Assembly (NCBI GenBank): GCA_049999805.1
Contig: JBNGIO010006265.1
Coordinates: 53,161 to 117,160, forward strand
Length of the DNA stretch: 64,000 nt
Direction of reading: 5' to 3'
Source: Folioceros fuciformis
Lineage: Eukaryota
Position 1 is the stretch's first letter. Each line of letters starts with the position of its first letter. This document shows positions 1 to 16,833 of this stretch, in pieces. A program made the position numbers and the translations under genes. The notes under the pieces are model-generated. The model made no database searches and was not told the origin of the DNA. It saw only the letters and a list, made by a program, of their open reading frames with translations.

Positions 1-1270
1 ATTTAGAACTAAGAAGAATCATTCAAGTGAAAAAGGTGTTTTGATTCAAAACGAACAACTGTTACATTAAACCAAAAAACGATATTTATCGCGTCATGCT
101 ATGTTTCAATAAATCAGAACCATCCTGTCACAGGATCACATTTCTTGTTGAAGGCAATTTCGTGATGCCACAACCAAGGTCACAGTGGAACCAGCCCACA
201 CCTAGTGGACGATTTGGGGCTGATGATTTTCACGGCACGGGACCAACACGGTGAGAGACGTTGAGATGATGAATCAAGATGGCCATTGAACAAGGCTCGA
301 TCTCCAACCTAGGTCCATGTTCCATCCTCATTCCAAGCTCAACGCGAATCGCAGCAGCTGGTCTCAGACATAAAACTTCAGCTCCTGGTCGCAGCTGCTT
401 TTAGACATGTAGATTAGTACGCAATAGCGTTCCTTGTTTTTTTGGGAACCTGCTTCAGCGATGTACACTGAGTACATGGATGGAATCCAGATTACACATT
501 TCATCTTTATAAACAGCCACTATCTGCTGCCAAAATCAGATCTGGTTTTCTAAGACAACCTGTCCCCACCAGCAAGAACTCTTCAAACTTGAGTACATCC
601 CCGGAAAGACACTGACACTAGCTTGCCTGCTGTTTGGCAATACTTGAGACGGTTGTGAACCATCGACAAGAGGACACTTGTGTGTCCAATCCCTGTCCTT
701 CTGATGGGACCTGTGACTGGTATATGCCAGCGCATTCAACAGCAAGGGGTCATTTTTGACCTTCCAATGGTTGGCCATTTCACAACAGGCCATGTAGATT
801 CAAACTCAGTATACTGCCACAAGCTTGGACAGCCGAGGAGATTAGTGAACCACGGTGTAGCAAGCTGACACGGGAGCCAACACCTGATGTGCATTCAAAT
901 CCCGGCGCCTGTCAATTGTTGGCTCTCCTCTGACATTCGTCCTGGCTTATCACGGCAACTGCTTCTATTTGGTGGAGCAGAGAGTGAACTTCAATTCCTC
1001 GCGTCCCTTAGTCAAGACCAAAGAGGATCCTGGTGACGTCTGAGAACCACAACAGACTCCGTCCCACGTATCATAATTTACGAGGAAGTGCATGGAGTTC
1101 GTAGCCATCCACCACTCTGGATTGCTTAAGCTGACATCCGCTCCCGTTCTGTGTTGTCTCTTGCGAAGCCACTACTGCTGCGCTTATGTCTCCCGTCCTG
1201 TTCTGAACTCTCTTTCCCCACAACCACTATCGATGCTCTGTTGGATACGCGTTCTGTCATAACTGCGATC

Positions 1271-4046
<2,776 letters not shown>

Positions 4047-6039
4047 GCTTTCCCCTCACGTCGCCACAAGATGCCAGACTCCCTTCAAAGCGTTCGCACA
4101 TGCGCTGCCACCCCTCCACTACCATCCACCCCGATTCCGAAATCTACTCCTCAATCCCAAACGCCTCCAGATCACCCGAACCAGCGCTGTAACATAGGAG
4201 TCGGCTTCCCGGCGGATCTGTCTCCCAGCCGAATCCCCCCACATCCAATCCACAACCCAATCTCGGTCGCCCCGAAATGTAGCTTCGCGGAACCAGCCAG
4301 CACGACAATAACCCTCCAAGCTCCCAGCTCAATGCCAGCACGGGATCCAACTCCAGCCGCCTGCCTCAGCTCCCGCGTAGCCACACGAGCTCGGAATTCA
4401 TGCCCCTTTCAGCCCCCAAGTACTACTACACGCCGACTGACGTACCCCACACTTAAAGCTCGGGGACCGAGACCCGAACTAGGTCCAACCCACCAATCGC
4501 TTGCGGGCGACGCAACAGTGGTTCCCTCCTCCTTCCTCCGCGTCCACTACCCCGCCGTGCGCGTTTCCGCGACTCTGGAAGTCGATGGTTTGGCACGGCT
4601 GGACCAAGTAAAGCCCACGGCAGTAGGACAAGTACCAGGGGCAGTCACACGACGGCGGCGAGGCCAGTGGGAACGCAGGAGTTGGAAGCCGTATAGCGCA
4701 GGCGGTGAATGTAGTGTAGAAGCTCGGCAACGCTCAGCCGCGTAGAGCTGAAGCGAAGGCGCGCGTGCGTTTCTTCGTTCCTTAGCTGGCGTAGCTCGCT
4801 CGAGGAACGACGGACGAACTGACGGGGACACGCACAAACCAACACAGCAGCAGACTGCCCGGAGCCCAGCCTGCGCACTAGGCAGGCACGCAGGCTGGAC
4901 CTACTCGTTTCTCTCAGCATCCGCCCTTTTCCGCTCCGTTTCCCCTGTCCACCCTGGATCCCTCTTTTAGAAAGACGTTCCCCTTCCTCAGCTCCGCCAA
5001 CAGTATTCTACGCCTACATTTCTTCTCTTCTCTCCTCTTCTGNNNNNNNNNNNNNNNNNNNNNNNNNNNNNNNNNNNNNNNNNNNNNNNNNNNNNNNNNN
5101 NNNNNNNNNNNNNNNNNNNNNNNNNNNNNNNNNNNNNNNNNNAGACCCCAATCTGCTGACCAAGTTCCTTTTCCGTCGAGGACCACGGTTTTCCTTGGTT
5201 TGCTGAGTCGCAATATTTTGGAGGGAAGAGAAGGAAACATATAATACTATATCCCCCCATGTCATGCTTGGACTACTTCATCTCCGCTCCTGCTCCTATC
5301 CTGTGCAACAAACAACTGCCTAGCGATGGAGCTGAGTTATCTGATTCATGCCTTGCTCCTGTTTCTGTTCATAGGTCATGACTATTATTGTGCGTTAGAT
5401 GCGATTACAGTATGTATGTGCGGGAGTTCATTCCTGGTTTAGCGCCGAGTATGGGGATGGCGGAGGCCACTGAGGAGCATTGGCGTTGCACAGGTGTTGG
5501 TTGAGCCAAACAGGATCTGCCACGACGATGGCTCCTGGTTTGTCAATTCATCACCGCACCGGAATGAGCGAGACTGGCGATTATGAAAATGTGTGTACAT
5601 ACGTACGTAGCCACTACATCCGAGGGATGCCGGGCTCCACGGGCGTCTCGGGGGCTTTGTCCGTGTCACTACCAAACACTTCTGTCGTGATCCCCAAAAA
5701 TCACGGATCCGGAATGTACAAGAGAGGACAAGAGAGATGTGAGCCATGATTTAGAAACCGTTAGCTGTGCCTCAATTAGCTGATAGCTCGAAAACATGGT
5801 AAGAAGCTCATGCCTTCCGGGGATTGAATGCTCCCCTTAGTCATCCCTGAACCAGGATGATACAGCCTAGCGGGGACAGAAACTACAGCATCTGGAGTGA
5901 CCGGTAAGATCACTGTACCCACACCTTGCTGCTATCTACGGCAAAACTGACCACCTTCTCTCCTCAAGACTGGCTTCCGGTAATGTACAGCAGATCTGGT
6001 TGCTCCCCTCATGGTGGTTTCGTCAGCTGGCCCTGCCTT

Positions 6040-9000
6040 TCAGAAGTATATGTTTACCTCCCTGCCGTCGTTCATTTCGCTGACAAGGTCCTTAGCTTCT
6101 GTTAGGGCCACCTGGCAACAACCAGCACGCGCTCCCATTAGGTTCAGGTTGTTTAATGGCGCTATAGCTGCGAGGACGAGGGACAGTCCGACGAGTGGAT
6201 GTACACTTCGCTTACTTTGCCGTACTTGGTGAAGAAATTGCTAGTGAGGTTCAAGGTGGTGACGGCTGCCTCGCCATTCGCTTTCAGAGCTTGGGCGAGA
6301 GCAAACGCTCCCTTATCCTGAATGCATAGCCATGGGGTAGTTGAGAGCCCTGAGGAGGGGGTTTTCGACAACGGGCCCCAGAACAATTTAGAATCTGCAG
6401 GGAGGACAGCTCACTCTGATTTCGTTGAAGCCCAGATCGATGGAGGTGAGGGATTCGTTCACCACTCTCAGGCTCCGGGCAAAAGCAGCTGCACCCTGCA
6501 CCACCCGTTGGACATCAAGGAGTCATTTTCTTGAGACCACTGTGCCAGCCCTCTTGTGTCGTGCCAACACACGGAAGATAAGAGTAAGAGGCAACGGTTG
6601 AGGAAAGTCTCACATCGTCCCCCAACCCATTGGCCCGAAGATCCAAAGTTGCAATAGTGGAATTGAATTGCAATGCGTCGCAAAAGTACTCCGTTCCTTT
6701 CACTCCGATCTAACACAAGCAATATATCAGGACGGGTATTTGAAAAAGCAGCATACAAGAAGAGTTCAACAGCCCATCATGGACCAGATGCACACACCTG
6801 GCACCAGCCGAGCTTCAGGATCTCGATCTTCCCGTGGAATTTCAGAACTTCGGACAGCACCTTGGCACCATCCGGTCCAATGGGGTTGTAACTGAAGTCC
6901 AACTGCATTTCATGGCATTTGGTGTAGTCAGAGACCCCATACCCGACAAACACCAGCATGAAGTGTGGAAACGATGAGTTGTCTTACACTTGTAATTGTG
7001 GAGTTTTCCTTCAATGCACTGGCAATGTGCCCAGTACCCAATGCGGTAATATTATTTCCTCCCTACCACATGAGCAGGATTTGTGATTTGAGACATTTTA
7101 AGAGAGGCATTTGTTTGCCATAAATGCTCACGAATAGGTTTGAATCTTACCAGATCAATAGAATTAATACTCTTGTTCCGCTTCAAAGCCTCTGCAATCC
7201 TCTCAGCCCCCTGGAAGAGCAAAATACAGACCCATGAGAGACCGAATCCCAGAAAGCCTTCTAAGGAAGGGACATTCACACTTCCTCTCATCGGTGGAAA
7301 GCGATGATGGACATAAATCACCAGCTGCTCTACAAACCTCATCCCCCACGTCGTTCATGTACGCATTCAACCACTGCAAGCTTTTTGTCTTTTTCATGTA
7401 CTCAGCCAAGTGGAAAGCTCCCTTGCCTCCTATGCTGTTGTTTCCGATGTCCAACGACAACAGCTTGCCTGAAGGGGAAGTCATCAATTGGACAAATTTA
7501 CTTAGTGCAAAGACCAAGTTGAGAAAAGTCAGAAATCTGAGACAGGAGAATGTCTGACCTTTGTGAGACATCAGGCCTTGCATTAGAGTCCTGGCACCTT
7601 CATTTCCAATGTCATTGCCATGGATGTGAAGCTCCTGCACGCATGCTTCCCAGTTACTTCGAAGGGGACAGAATTTGGCGGAGCAAGAAAGTTGCATGAC
7701 ATCATTCCTCCAGGTGTCAAAGTGTCAGTGAGCTCACGTAGAGGGATTTGTTGACCTCTAACCCTTTGGCAAATGCGGCAGCACCCAACGCACCTGCATA
7801 GTTTCCCCTGCGACAAGCAAAAATGATTTTCACACATCGAACGAGACACCCTTCCAAGACACAGCCACCAATGCACATACTAACTTCAAATGTATAATTT
7901 TCAGTGTTGTTGTAGATTGGAGGGCTTCAGCCAGAGCAGCAAATCCCTGCAGAGAAAGCCATAAAACAGGTTAGAACAACGCTAGAGATGACATCACCCT
8001 CAACTGCAACAAGCAGAGCCAAGGTTGCGCACTCTTACAGAGTAGTCAATGATGTTATTGTTCAGCTCTAAATGCGAGATTTTCTTATTCTTCTTGAGCA
8101 TCTCTGCAATTGCTCTAGCTCCCTGCACCGAACAAGTGAGCAGACAAACCAATACAACGCCACCGGAAAACACGATACATGTGCAACGTGTACATTATCC
8201 GTGCATGGACATAAGCTTACCTCATCACCCACATTAATGCTGTTCAGAATCAATTTCTCAATACCAAAATTTTTCTCCAGTACAACTGCGAGTTCCTACG
8301 CCAGCACAAGATTCAGGTCAGCCCGGAGTGCCCTATCGTCCCAACCCCATCTTACCTAATCGTGAAAGGCCATAAGTTTAACCAGGAACCATACGGTACT
8401 CTGACAAACGGACCACACCTTTGCTCCTTCATCACCAATATTGTTCCCTGACAAATTCAACGTCTTCAGAAAACTGTTGGTGGGCAGCACTTGTGACAGA
8501 GCTTTTATCCCCATTGCCGTGATGTTGTTAGCCGAGAAGTCAATCGACTCCACAGTCTGGGGCAGCGGGGCCATCACACTTCAGAGGATTCGCACGGACA
8601 AGACAATAATCACACTGCAAACAAGAGACCGCCGGAGATGGCAGTGACAACCCACCTCGTTAAAAGCCAAACTTTCTGCCACGAAAATAAACCCCTCATC
8701 ACCAAACTTCCGTCCTGCATTCATACCCCAGCTCGGTGAGATAATCGAGCTACACGACCACAACCCTAGAAGCAAGAGTCTTGGGCAGACCCTGTCGGTC
8801 AGTGCTCACCAGTCATATCCACAACCCGAAACGTCCGCAATTCCTTAGCAAACTCGTTCAGCCGGGACATCGCCTCCCACGAAAACTTCTTCTCAGCGCC
8901 GGGTATCTCGGACCCAGAAATCTTCATCATGGGAATGAGAGCCTTCAATTTCCCCACCAGCTTGACCGCCACTGCGCAGTAGGCAATCTGTCACCCACAT

Positions 9001-9539
9001 TCACCTCTCGCACCCCGCAATCCTTCCGACCGCAAGCCACATCCGCACTTACCGACCACAGCCACGAGCAACGCTCCCCCGCCGACCGCAATGGTCGCCA
9101 CGTCCGAATTCAAGGGGAGTGAAAAACTCTCCCCCTCCGTGCTGGTCTTCGCACCGGAGGTCTCGGACGAGACCGAGGCCGCAGCCCGCTGGGTCTTCCT
9201 AGGCCGGGACTCCCGCCCCCGGGGCGCGTCCGACGCGGCCGGCTGCAGCCTGAATTCCCTGTCCCGCCAGTCAGCGTCATCGGCATCGCCCAGAGGCAGG
9301 GGCAGATCCAAGCGTCCCGACAGACCTCCCGCCGAGAAGCCCAAATTCCGGTGACCCCCGCGGTGCAGGCCTGCCCGGTGGTGGCCGCTCCAATGCTTGA
9401 TGGGGAGGCAGGAGCTAGAGGAGGCCGCCTTCAACCGGCCCCCCGAGCCCGACAGTCCGTCCCTGCTGCTAGAGCAGCAGGAGGAGGGAGCCCCCCTGCT
9501 GCACACAGCTGCTGGGCAGGCCAGCACCGAAGCTTCCAT
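6040..9539 (-). CDS. Plastid-targeted RNI-like leucine-rich repeat protein (EMB2004/NLRC3-like LRR family), multi-exon
   Basis: Ser/Arg-rich transit-peptide-like first exon, then repeated RI-type LRRs (LNLSGNNIGDEGA, LHIHGNDIGNEGA, LDIGNNSIGGKGA, LDLRANGLGDD, LNLTSNFFTKYG). Final exon VALTEAKDLVSEMNDGREVNIYF*. Confidence 0.85.
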
Positions 9540-11370
9540 CCCGCCACTTCCCTGCACCTACCTGCTGCGGCAGAGGCCTCTGTTCCCTTTCCTGTCAGCC
9601 TCGCGCCCAGCCTGGGGCGTCTGCCTGGAGCTCCACGCTCCTCCTTAAACCCAATACCCACAACATCATCTTCTTCAACACTAGACTCCCACTCCCAGCC
9701 AGCCTCCAAAACTGTCGAGTCCCATCACAAAAACCTCCACACGCCAAAGCCACTTAGTGCCCTTCACACTGCCAGATGAAGCATAACGCATTCCTAAACT
9801 CTTCGTGACTAGCTCTAACGTTAACTAACGTCGATCCAGTTAGATTTAAAAAAAGCTAGATTTATTTGAAAATAAATCGTCTGGAATATACTTGATAATA
9901 CCCTGCTCAACGAACCCTCGGTAGCAAGTAAAATAGGCAGGTACCTTGGAAAGGGCGCCCGAGATGGAAGTCCCCAGCTGGATGTGGGAAATCATACCTT
10001 CCGAATGCGATGCTTCGGGTGTGAAGAAGCCCTTGTCTGTTTCTGCAACTACGCAACAAGATGACTGTTCGTTCAGGAGATCACAGAATGTTCGTGTGGC
10101 TTCTGAAGGCATGTAAAACCACTTGATTTTGACGACATTTGTGCTAATCCTCTCGAACATGACATTGTGCTTAAGATCGGAAACTTGGAGCAGGGTATGA
10201 GCAACTTCATGTGCAGATTCAGGAAACACGGCTTGAAAGCGATTGATTCTTGCAATTGGGAGACGGGTAGATGAGGCATGGAAAGATCAGGATACCCAGC
10301 CATGTCCAATTCCTGCCCTCTGCTGGGCTCCATTCAGTGCTCGTAGCGTACATCGCCAAAGCGCATGACATGTCAAGGGAGGCTGGACACCCAGAACACG
10401 ATGCGTGCCGGGCTTCCTCGTCTCTGACTGTAGAGTGGTTATGAATAGCTAGCAACAAGCAGCTTGCTAGCGTGTCCACCTTGCTCCACTGCATGCTGGT
10501 CCGCACTGGCCAGCAGCATTCGTGCGGCATTCACTGGATGAGGAGGTGCATACAACCTGCCACGCCTTGGGCTCTGTGTTTTTCTGCTCTGCTCTTCGCC
10601 TGTAGAAAACCTGGTGGCTCGTCGGCAGCCTCTGGAAGGCTAGAACGTTGCTTTATAGTTAGGCGGTAGCGGATGAGGACGTGGGATGTAGTTTTGCGGC
10701 TTGGGATACAAAGGATGCGCATCCGTCCCTCGCTGGTTTCCCTGCTCCATGATCCTGAATCCCGCTCGCCGTCCTCATTTTGATGATTCATGGCGCACCT
10801 ACTTCATGGACGGCGCACATGACGCGTTGCACGAGCCCCGGCCGGAGATGCGTTTGTGCATCATGACAGCCATTGGTCACTGCCAGACGCTGAGGACCAT
10901 AGATCTGATCTTGAAGGCGGGCATGGAAGTACGTCGTACACGGTGACGGCACCCTCAAGTGGCGTGGACGCAAGAGCACCCTGCTGAACGGGACAAAGCA
11001 CACTCTAGCTTTAGAAAGGGTCCTTGTACTGGTTCAAAGGATTGGGAAGGACGGCCGCGTGCGTTGGGCTCGCTCACGCCATGCAACTACACATTCGTCG
11101 CTCCGAGGAACTGGATACGCGGCGTCAAAGCATGTGGAAGGGAGGACTATGTGACATCCACGAAACAGCGAAGGGTCGAATCTCTTGACTCGTTTCTCGA
11201 TAGCGGCACCGACAAGATAGGGTTAACTCTAGGGTTCGCAGCCGGGGAGCAGTACTTAACTCGGCATTCTTCACTTTCTGTTTCTCTGCCGCCATAAGGC
11301 TGTCCGTACCGGAGCGGCTGGGGTTACACGGGAAAGGAGAGGATCACGCAGGGCCTGTCGGGCTCGCACT

Positions 11371-11527
11371 CTGTCGGATTGTTTGTCGTGGCTTGCAGCC
11401 TGTTGGATTGCTTGTTGCGGCTTGCAGCCTGCTGGATTGCTTGCTGTGGCTTGCAGCCTGTGAGATTGCTTGTTGTGGCTTGCAGCCTGGCGGATTGTTG
11501 CGTGTTGTTTTTGTCGGCTTTGCAGCC
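11371..11527. repeat. 29-bp minisatellite, about 4-5 copies (GCTTGCAGCCTGTTGGATTGCTTGTTGCG)
   Basis: GCTTGCAGCC recurs at 11391, 11420, 11449 and 11478. Confidence 0.9.
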
Positions 11528-13288
11528 AACAAAATCCAACAAACAGTCGTTTTGATACCTCTCGTAACTCCCTGTGCCAGGGAAGATTCGCAATGTATCC
11601 AACTCTTTGAAATTACACATTGAGATTCTAACAAGCTTTCGAATCTCACAGTGAGTGTAAGAGTCCATCACTCGTTGGAGTCTCACACTCACGGTGAGAG
11701 TCCATGTGAAGCTGCGGCGTGCAATCGATCCAAAACGAGGCTGGTGAACCTAGTTGCTTGCAGACGTATTGCTGGAGTGCAAATTTCCAGGCTGACTAAC
11801 ATCCACTGTGATGCGCTCTCAGCTGACTATTGGGCCACGAGCCCTGCCAACCGTGGGAGTTCCGAGATTCATTCATCAGACAGCAGCATTCACGATCTCC
11901 TGCCGCAGTTTTGGCTATGGTAAGAACTAGGGCTTTCCCCGCCCATCTCCATGTTTGGGCTTATACCCTGGCTTGCCTTCCGCAGAGCCTGGTCTTCCTT
12001 TTCTATCCCGGTTCGCGCGGGCCACGGCACCATGCTGCAGGCTCAGCTCGCGTGAACGTAGCTTTCTTTCACCTTAGCCTTACATCACCTTTTTTGAAAC
12101 CCTTAAAACCGAAGGGCCTTTCCAAAAGTTCTTAGGAGACAAGTTGGGCATTTCATAAAGAACATACAAGTTCGAAAAGACCTCTTGTCTTCCACGTAAG
12201 CCCTCAAGGTCTCGTAGGGATTAAATATGTAAAGCGGTGCGTCAAAGTCGTCCTGGTCAATAGCAAGCTCTCTTTGAATCACTTTTTATATTCAGACCTT
12301 AAATATATACCAAAAATACCAGAAAATAATAAAAGTTAAGGTCATAATATATATTAATTTATAAGTTTTTTAGGGTTTAGAGTTTAGTCCGACCCCATCA
12401 ACATTTTTCTATCTCTCTAGGGTAGATATAAAGCTATCTCTCTAGGGTAGATAGGTTTTTTATCTTATTTTTCTAAAATAAATAAGGGTTCCATGTAGGG
12501 CTTAGGGTTCTTAAATCCAAACACTACTTTGAAAATTCTTAAACCTGTTCGTTTTAAAAGTTATTATTTTAATAAAAAATGAATATAAAACCTTTATTTA
12601 TTTATTTTAGATAAATTAAATTAAAATCTTTACAATACCATTTGTAAATTTGTAGGTGATGAGTACCATACTGCATATTAAGAAAACTTAGATCATGAGG
12701 ATCTATTTCAGTGATGAATATGGATATTTTCTCTCATCTCATTGTTGAGTATTGATACTTCCTAGTGTTGTTTCTCGACAAGCATTTCAAATCTGAGTTT
12801 AGCATTTCTGCAATGATAATCAAAACATTGTTCTTTACAGTAATAATGATACTCTTTTAGTAGATTATTTTTGTTATCATTATTAAAATTATTTTTTGAA
12901 AAAAAAAGAGATCCTAGCAAGTATATGTACTTTGCAAAACACACAAACTCTATCCAAGTGAAGTAAGCTAGTCCCCTCTTCCGCTATCTTCTTCGACTAT
13001 CTGCTCATGCAAGGCCACGGACTAATAAAAATTGGCCAACATTCTAGGAGTAAATATTATGGAAGACTGTTTGGAAACAAGATTCACCAGAATCCTATTT
13101 AATCCAGGACAAGCGTAACAATTTCTGGACAACAATATGATGTTCAAGGCTTTGTGGACCAAAAGAAAAAGAAAAGAAAAAACTAAAACTGAGTTTCAAT
13201 CCTCGAGGAAGATCTATACTAAATAGTACCTACTAAAGAGTTACTGCTCGAGAGTGTCTACTGAGGAGTGCTCCGGCGACAAGTTCTT

Positions 13289-16053
13289 TCACGGTCCACA
13301 GGTTTTCAGTCTATACAAGAGTGCCTGCAAGAGAGACAGAGTACAATTGCTGCCAGTTCTCAGAAGTAGAACAACGGCAAGATGAATATTAAATAACGCT
13401 GCATTCGGAAAATTTTCAAGGTCCTGGAACAACGGCAGAGGCAGGTACCAGGCAATTGCCCCCCGTACTATCTGAGAAGACTTCCTTTAGAGGAATGGAT
13501 GGATTCAAAACTTCATAATCTGAACCGGTTGGTATCCTCATTTGTTGCTGAGATGTCTTGGAATCAGGAGGACCACCATCACACTGCTGATCTTTCGCTA
13601 CCAAAACCTCCAATTCTCCTTTGGGTCTCGGGGACAATCTTAAATCAAGGAGCTGTAAAGCAGACAGGAAATCAGCATCTCCATCCGAACTGAGGTCTCG
13701 CACACAGCTTCAGTAAGCTGCAGTATACCTGAAGAACCTGGTGGACCGTCATCTTGGGGGGACAGCTTATGTGAGGACGTTCTAAATCAGGCAAGTTTTC
13801 TTCAATCGCTTCATTCTTCAGAGGTTGCAAGTTGATGAAGATATGGAGCTGCATGCATCCGAGATCATCATGAACAAAGCAAACTGGGATTCTGAATGTA
13901 ACTGCAAAGGAGGGGGGTCAAAGGCAATACCTCAGAAGCCCTCTCTTTAACTGCATTTGATTCCACGCTTCTCCATAGAGCAGATATTTGCAGCCGGTGA
14001 TGCCTGTTCTGGTCTGGAACACCATTCCCATGGCGTGATTGACTGCGTGCACCAGCTACTGCCCACGTCACAACATCCTCTTCAGCTCTTGCTGCTCCAT
14101 CATGAACCTTCTGAGCAGAATTTTCCACACTGGAGGGCATCCCCTCACTGTGGTTGGCAGCATTCTGACTTTGATGGGCACCCCTATCTTGCTCACTGTT
14201 GTCAGATGACACAGACACCCTGGACCTTCGTCGTTTTCTCTCAGGAAGCCTGAAGGATTCCTCTTCAGAACTTTCACCGTGATCTTCTTCCTCTGCTTCC
14301 TGATACTCGTCTTCATCCTGCTCATCGTCATCATCTTCATCCTCGTCGTCATCGTCATCATCATCATCCTCCTCCTCATACCGTGAACGGGAGGAGTACG
14401 TAGATCGGCCCCTTCCTCGTCCCCTACCTCTACTTCGGCTTGCTTGCACCCCACGAAAGCTATGAGCTTTTCTTACAATGGCTGCTGCAGTTGCTTTGCT
14501 TGATGAACTCCGCCTCCTAACAACTGCTTGGTTCTGTCGACGGAACGTGTCTGCTATGCTAGCCTGAATCTGTTGAAATCATCAATGATCATCGTCCTTG
14601 ATTAGCCTACGATGGAAAGCATCTTCGTGGATTAACAAGTTAGGTCAAAATAAACCCGAGAACGCGTACCTGCTCGTTCTTCCGTCTCTCCTCGTCCAGA
14701 AGAAAAGCCTCCTGTTTCGGCAAGAATGAAGTGAATCCAGTGAGCACGTCGCCGCATTACACGAGGAAGCAATAATCTCTTCTTGGGGCACAGACACATT
14801 TCCAAGTACGTTCATCATCCACCAGTTCAAGAAGCAAGCACAGCATGACTAACACAAGACATCAACCTCCAACAACGGCACGCTACTACACTACATAAAA
14901 CCGCCACCCAAGGCTGACCACCGTAACGCCATTTGCGACTTAGAAGCGTCACATCCCTCCATCCTACAGCTCAAACAAAACCCCCATTTCACCTGTTCCT
15001 CGTACTTGTCGATGTCCGGGTAGATGGCCGCTATAAGTGCATCAAAATTGGGATCATCTCGAAGAGACCTGCGACTGGCGCAATGAGTCCGGCATGAGGG
15101 ACATTCATTGTTCCTGCAATAATTCCACCGCGGCAGTAAGAATGCCTGCACACGATACGTCACGACAGAAGACTAGACGACAAAGGCCGAGCCAGGGTTT
15201 GCCGAACAAATCCTCGTCCAACGGCGGCAGAGCACGGGAGAATTCGCCACAAACAATGCCTCGATCCCAGCTGAGAGACAGAAAAAATCGCGAGAAACGA
15301 GGCACTCAAGAAGACGATGCGACACTGTCGCTGCACTGAGCTCCATCCCCATCTGGAACCGAGATTTTACAAATCACTTACCCCAAGCGCATGGACTTAT
15401 CAATACACTCCCTGCAGAACCGGTGCAGGCACTCCATGACGGTCCTTGTCTTGCGGATAATCCCTGCCAGCGAGAATTCATCCCCACAGCCACAGTATCA
15501 ATCCCGTTCCCATGCACACGTATCTGATCCATGAGCACGGAATGCCGTCCCCTCTAGATTTTCCGCGATCCGCACGTTCACAAAAACCAACACATCCCCT
15601 GCTGCCCCTGCTGCTCTTCTGCCTAACTGTTGCCCCCGACAACGAGATTCCCGAGCTGAATGCGGAGTGATCATCGGCCCGGAAGCACAACAAAATATAA
15701 ATGTGGGCGGGAGCGATACATACCAAGACAAATTGGACATTGCATCTCCTTCCGGATGTCCTGCAAATTCACGGTGATGTACCTGTCCATGGCGCGGGAG
15801 ACAGGCAGCGGCACGTCACGCAAAAGTGAACGAATTAAAAGGCGAACGACTGACGCACATCAAACTACTGCCAAAGTGAGCTGGGCCTCAATTCTGAAAA
15901 TCGGTGCCTGGGCTTGGCTTGCCAAGTTGCCTTGCCAGGCCGCAGGCCCGTCCCGTCTCGGCCCGGCCCTAGGCGCAACTCACATATTGGACATCGCTGA
16001 GCTCAAGTCCCTGGTCATTGTGGCACATCCGGGCGCAGCTCTCTCCCGCATCA
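13289..16053 (-). CDS. RING1: PRC1 E3 ubiquitin ligase RING1-like (RING finger plus RAWUL domain); 5' end uncertain because of an N gap
   Basis: Spliced exons give [61 protein letters not shown]. An acidic/RG-rich linker follows, then C-terminal RAWUL-like [19 protein letters not shown]...[10 protein letters not shown]. Confidence 0.9.
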
Positions 16054-16482
16054 ANNNNNNNNNNNNNNNNNNNNNNNNNNNNNNNNNNNNNNNNNNNNNN
16101 NNNNNNNNNNNNNNNNNNNNNNNNNNNNNNNNNNNNNNNNNNNNNNNNNNNNNNGTCCTCGACCTCGACCTCGCTTCAGCTTGTGAAACAAAATCGAAGA
16201 AGCAATCATTGGCGAGCTGGAGCTGGCTTGCAGGCGACGATCCAATGGCCAGCGGTATCACAGAAATTACCACGCCCGAGGTATTCACGGCTCAGGGCGA
16301 GCTCACCGGATCCAATCCATCCCTCGCCGCTCCGACTCATTCATGCAGTCCGATGTCGGATCCGATGGCTCCACGCACCGCGGGAACAAACAAATTTCGT
16401 TCGAATAATTTGTTGGTTTGCCCTTTCCCACCTTATACAATTTTAATATGTAACTTAAGTGATACGGATGTGAGAAGTATAC

Positions 16483-16554
16483 GGTCCCATGGTCTAGTGG
16501 TTAGGACACTGGACTCTGAATCCAGTAGCCCGAGTTCAAATCTCGGTGGGACCT
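16483..16554 (+). tRNA. tRNA-Gln-CTG: tRNA-Gln (anticodon CTG)
   Basis: 72-nt cloverleaf: acceptor stem GGTCCCA/TGGGACC, D-arm TGGTCTAGTGGTTAGGAC, anticodon arm CTGGA-CT-CTG-AA-TCCAG, T-loop GTTCAAA. A T-run follows downstream. Confidence 0.97.
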
Positions 16555-16663
16555 TGCTCAACAGATTCTACTTTTCGCTTTCACCTTGGTTGTGAAATTA
16601 GTAGTGGACACTGCATAATCGTAGGATTGCGAACCTTGTATGTACAACAGACGAATGTTTTTC

Positions 16664-16833
16664 TGACTACAGCGTCCATCCCCTCGGTCGAGGACCTGAA
16701 CAATTGCGGAAAGCGTCAATGTTATCCTAACTACAGCGTCCATCCTCGGTCGAGGAGCTGAACTGCGGAAAGCGTCAATGTTATCCTGACTACAGCGTCC
16801 ATCCTCGGTCGAGGAACTGTACAATTGCGGAAA
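16664..16833. repeat. About 60-bp tandem triplication covering the last codons and stop of the adjacent minus-strand gene
   Basis: CTACAGCGTCCATCC(CC)TCGGTCGAGGA...TGCGGAAA occurs three times. Confidence 0.9.

Noticed and set aside
11651-11692. Short imperfect hairpin (GTGAGTGTAAGAGTCCA...TGGAGTCTCACACTCAC)
   Set aside because: Too short for a miRNA precursor and lacks a Helitron-type CTRR end; no function can be supported.
15660-16595. 311-aa plus-strand ORF
   Set aside because: It runs through an N gap, is antisense to RING1 and overlaps the tRNA; no recognisable domain.
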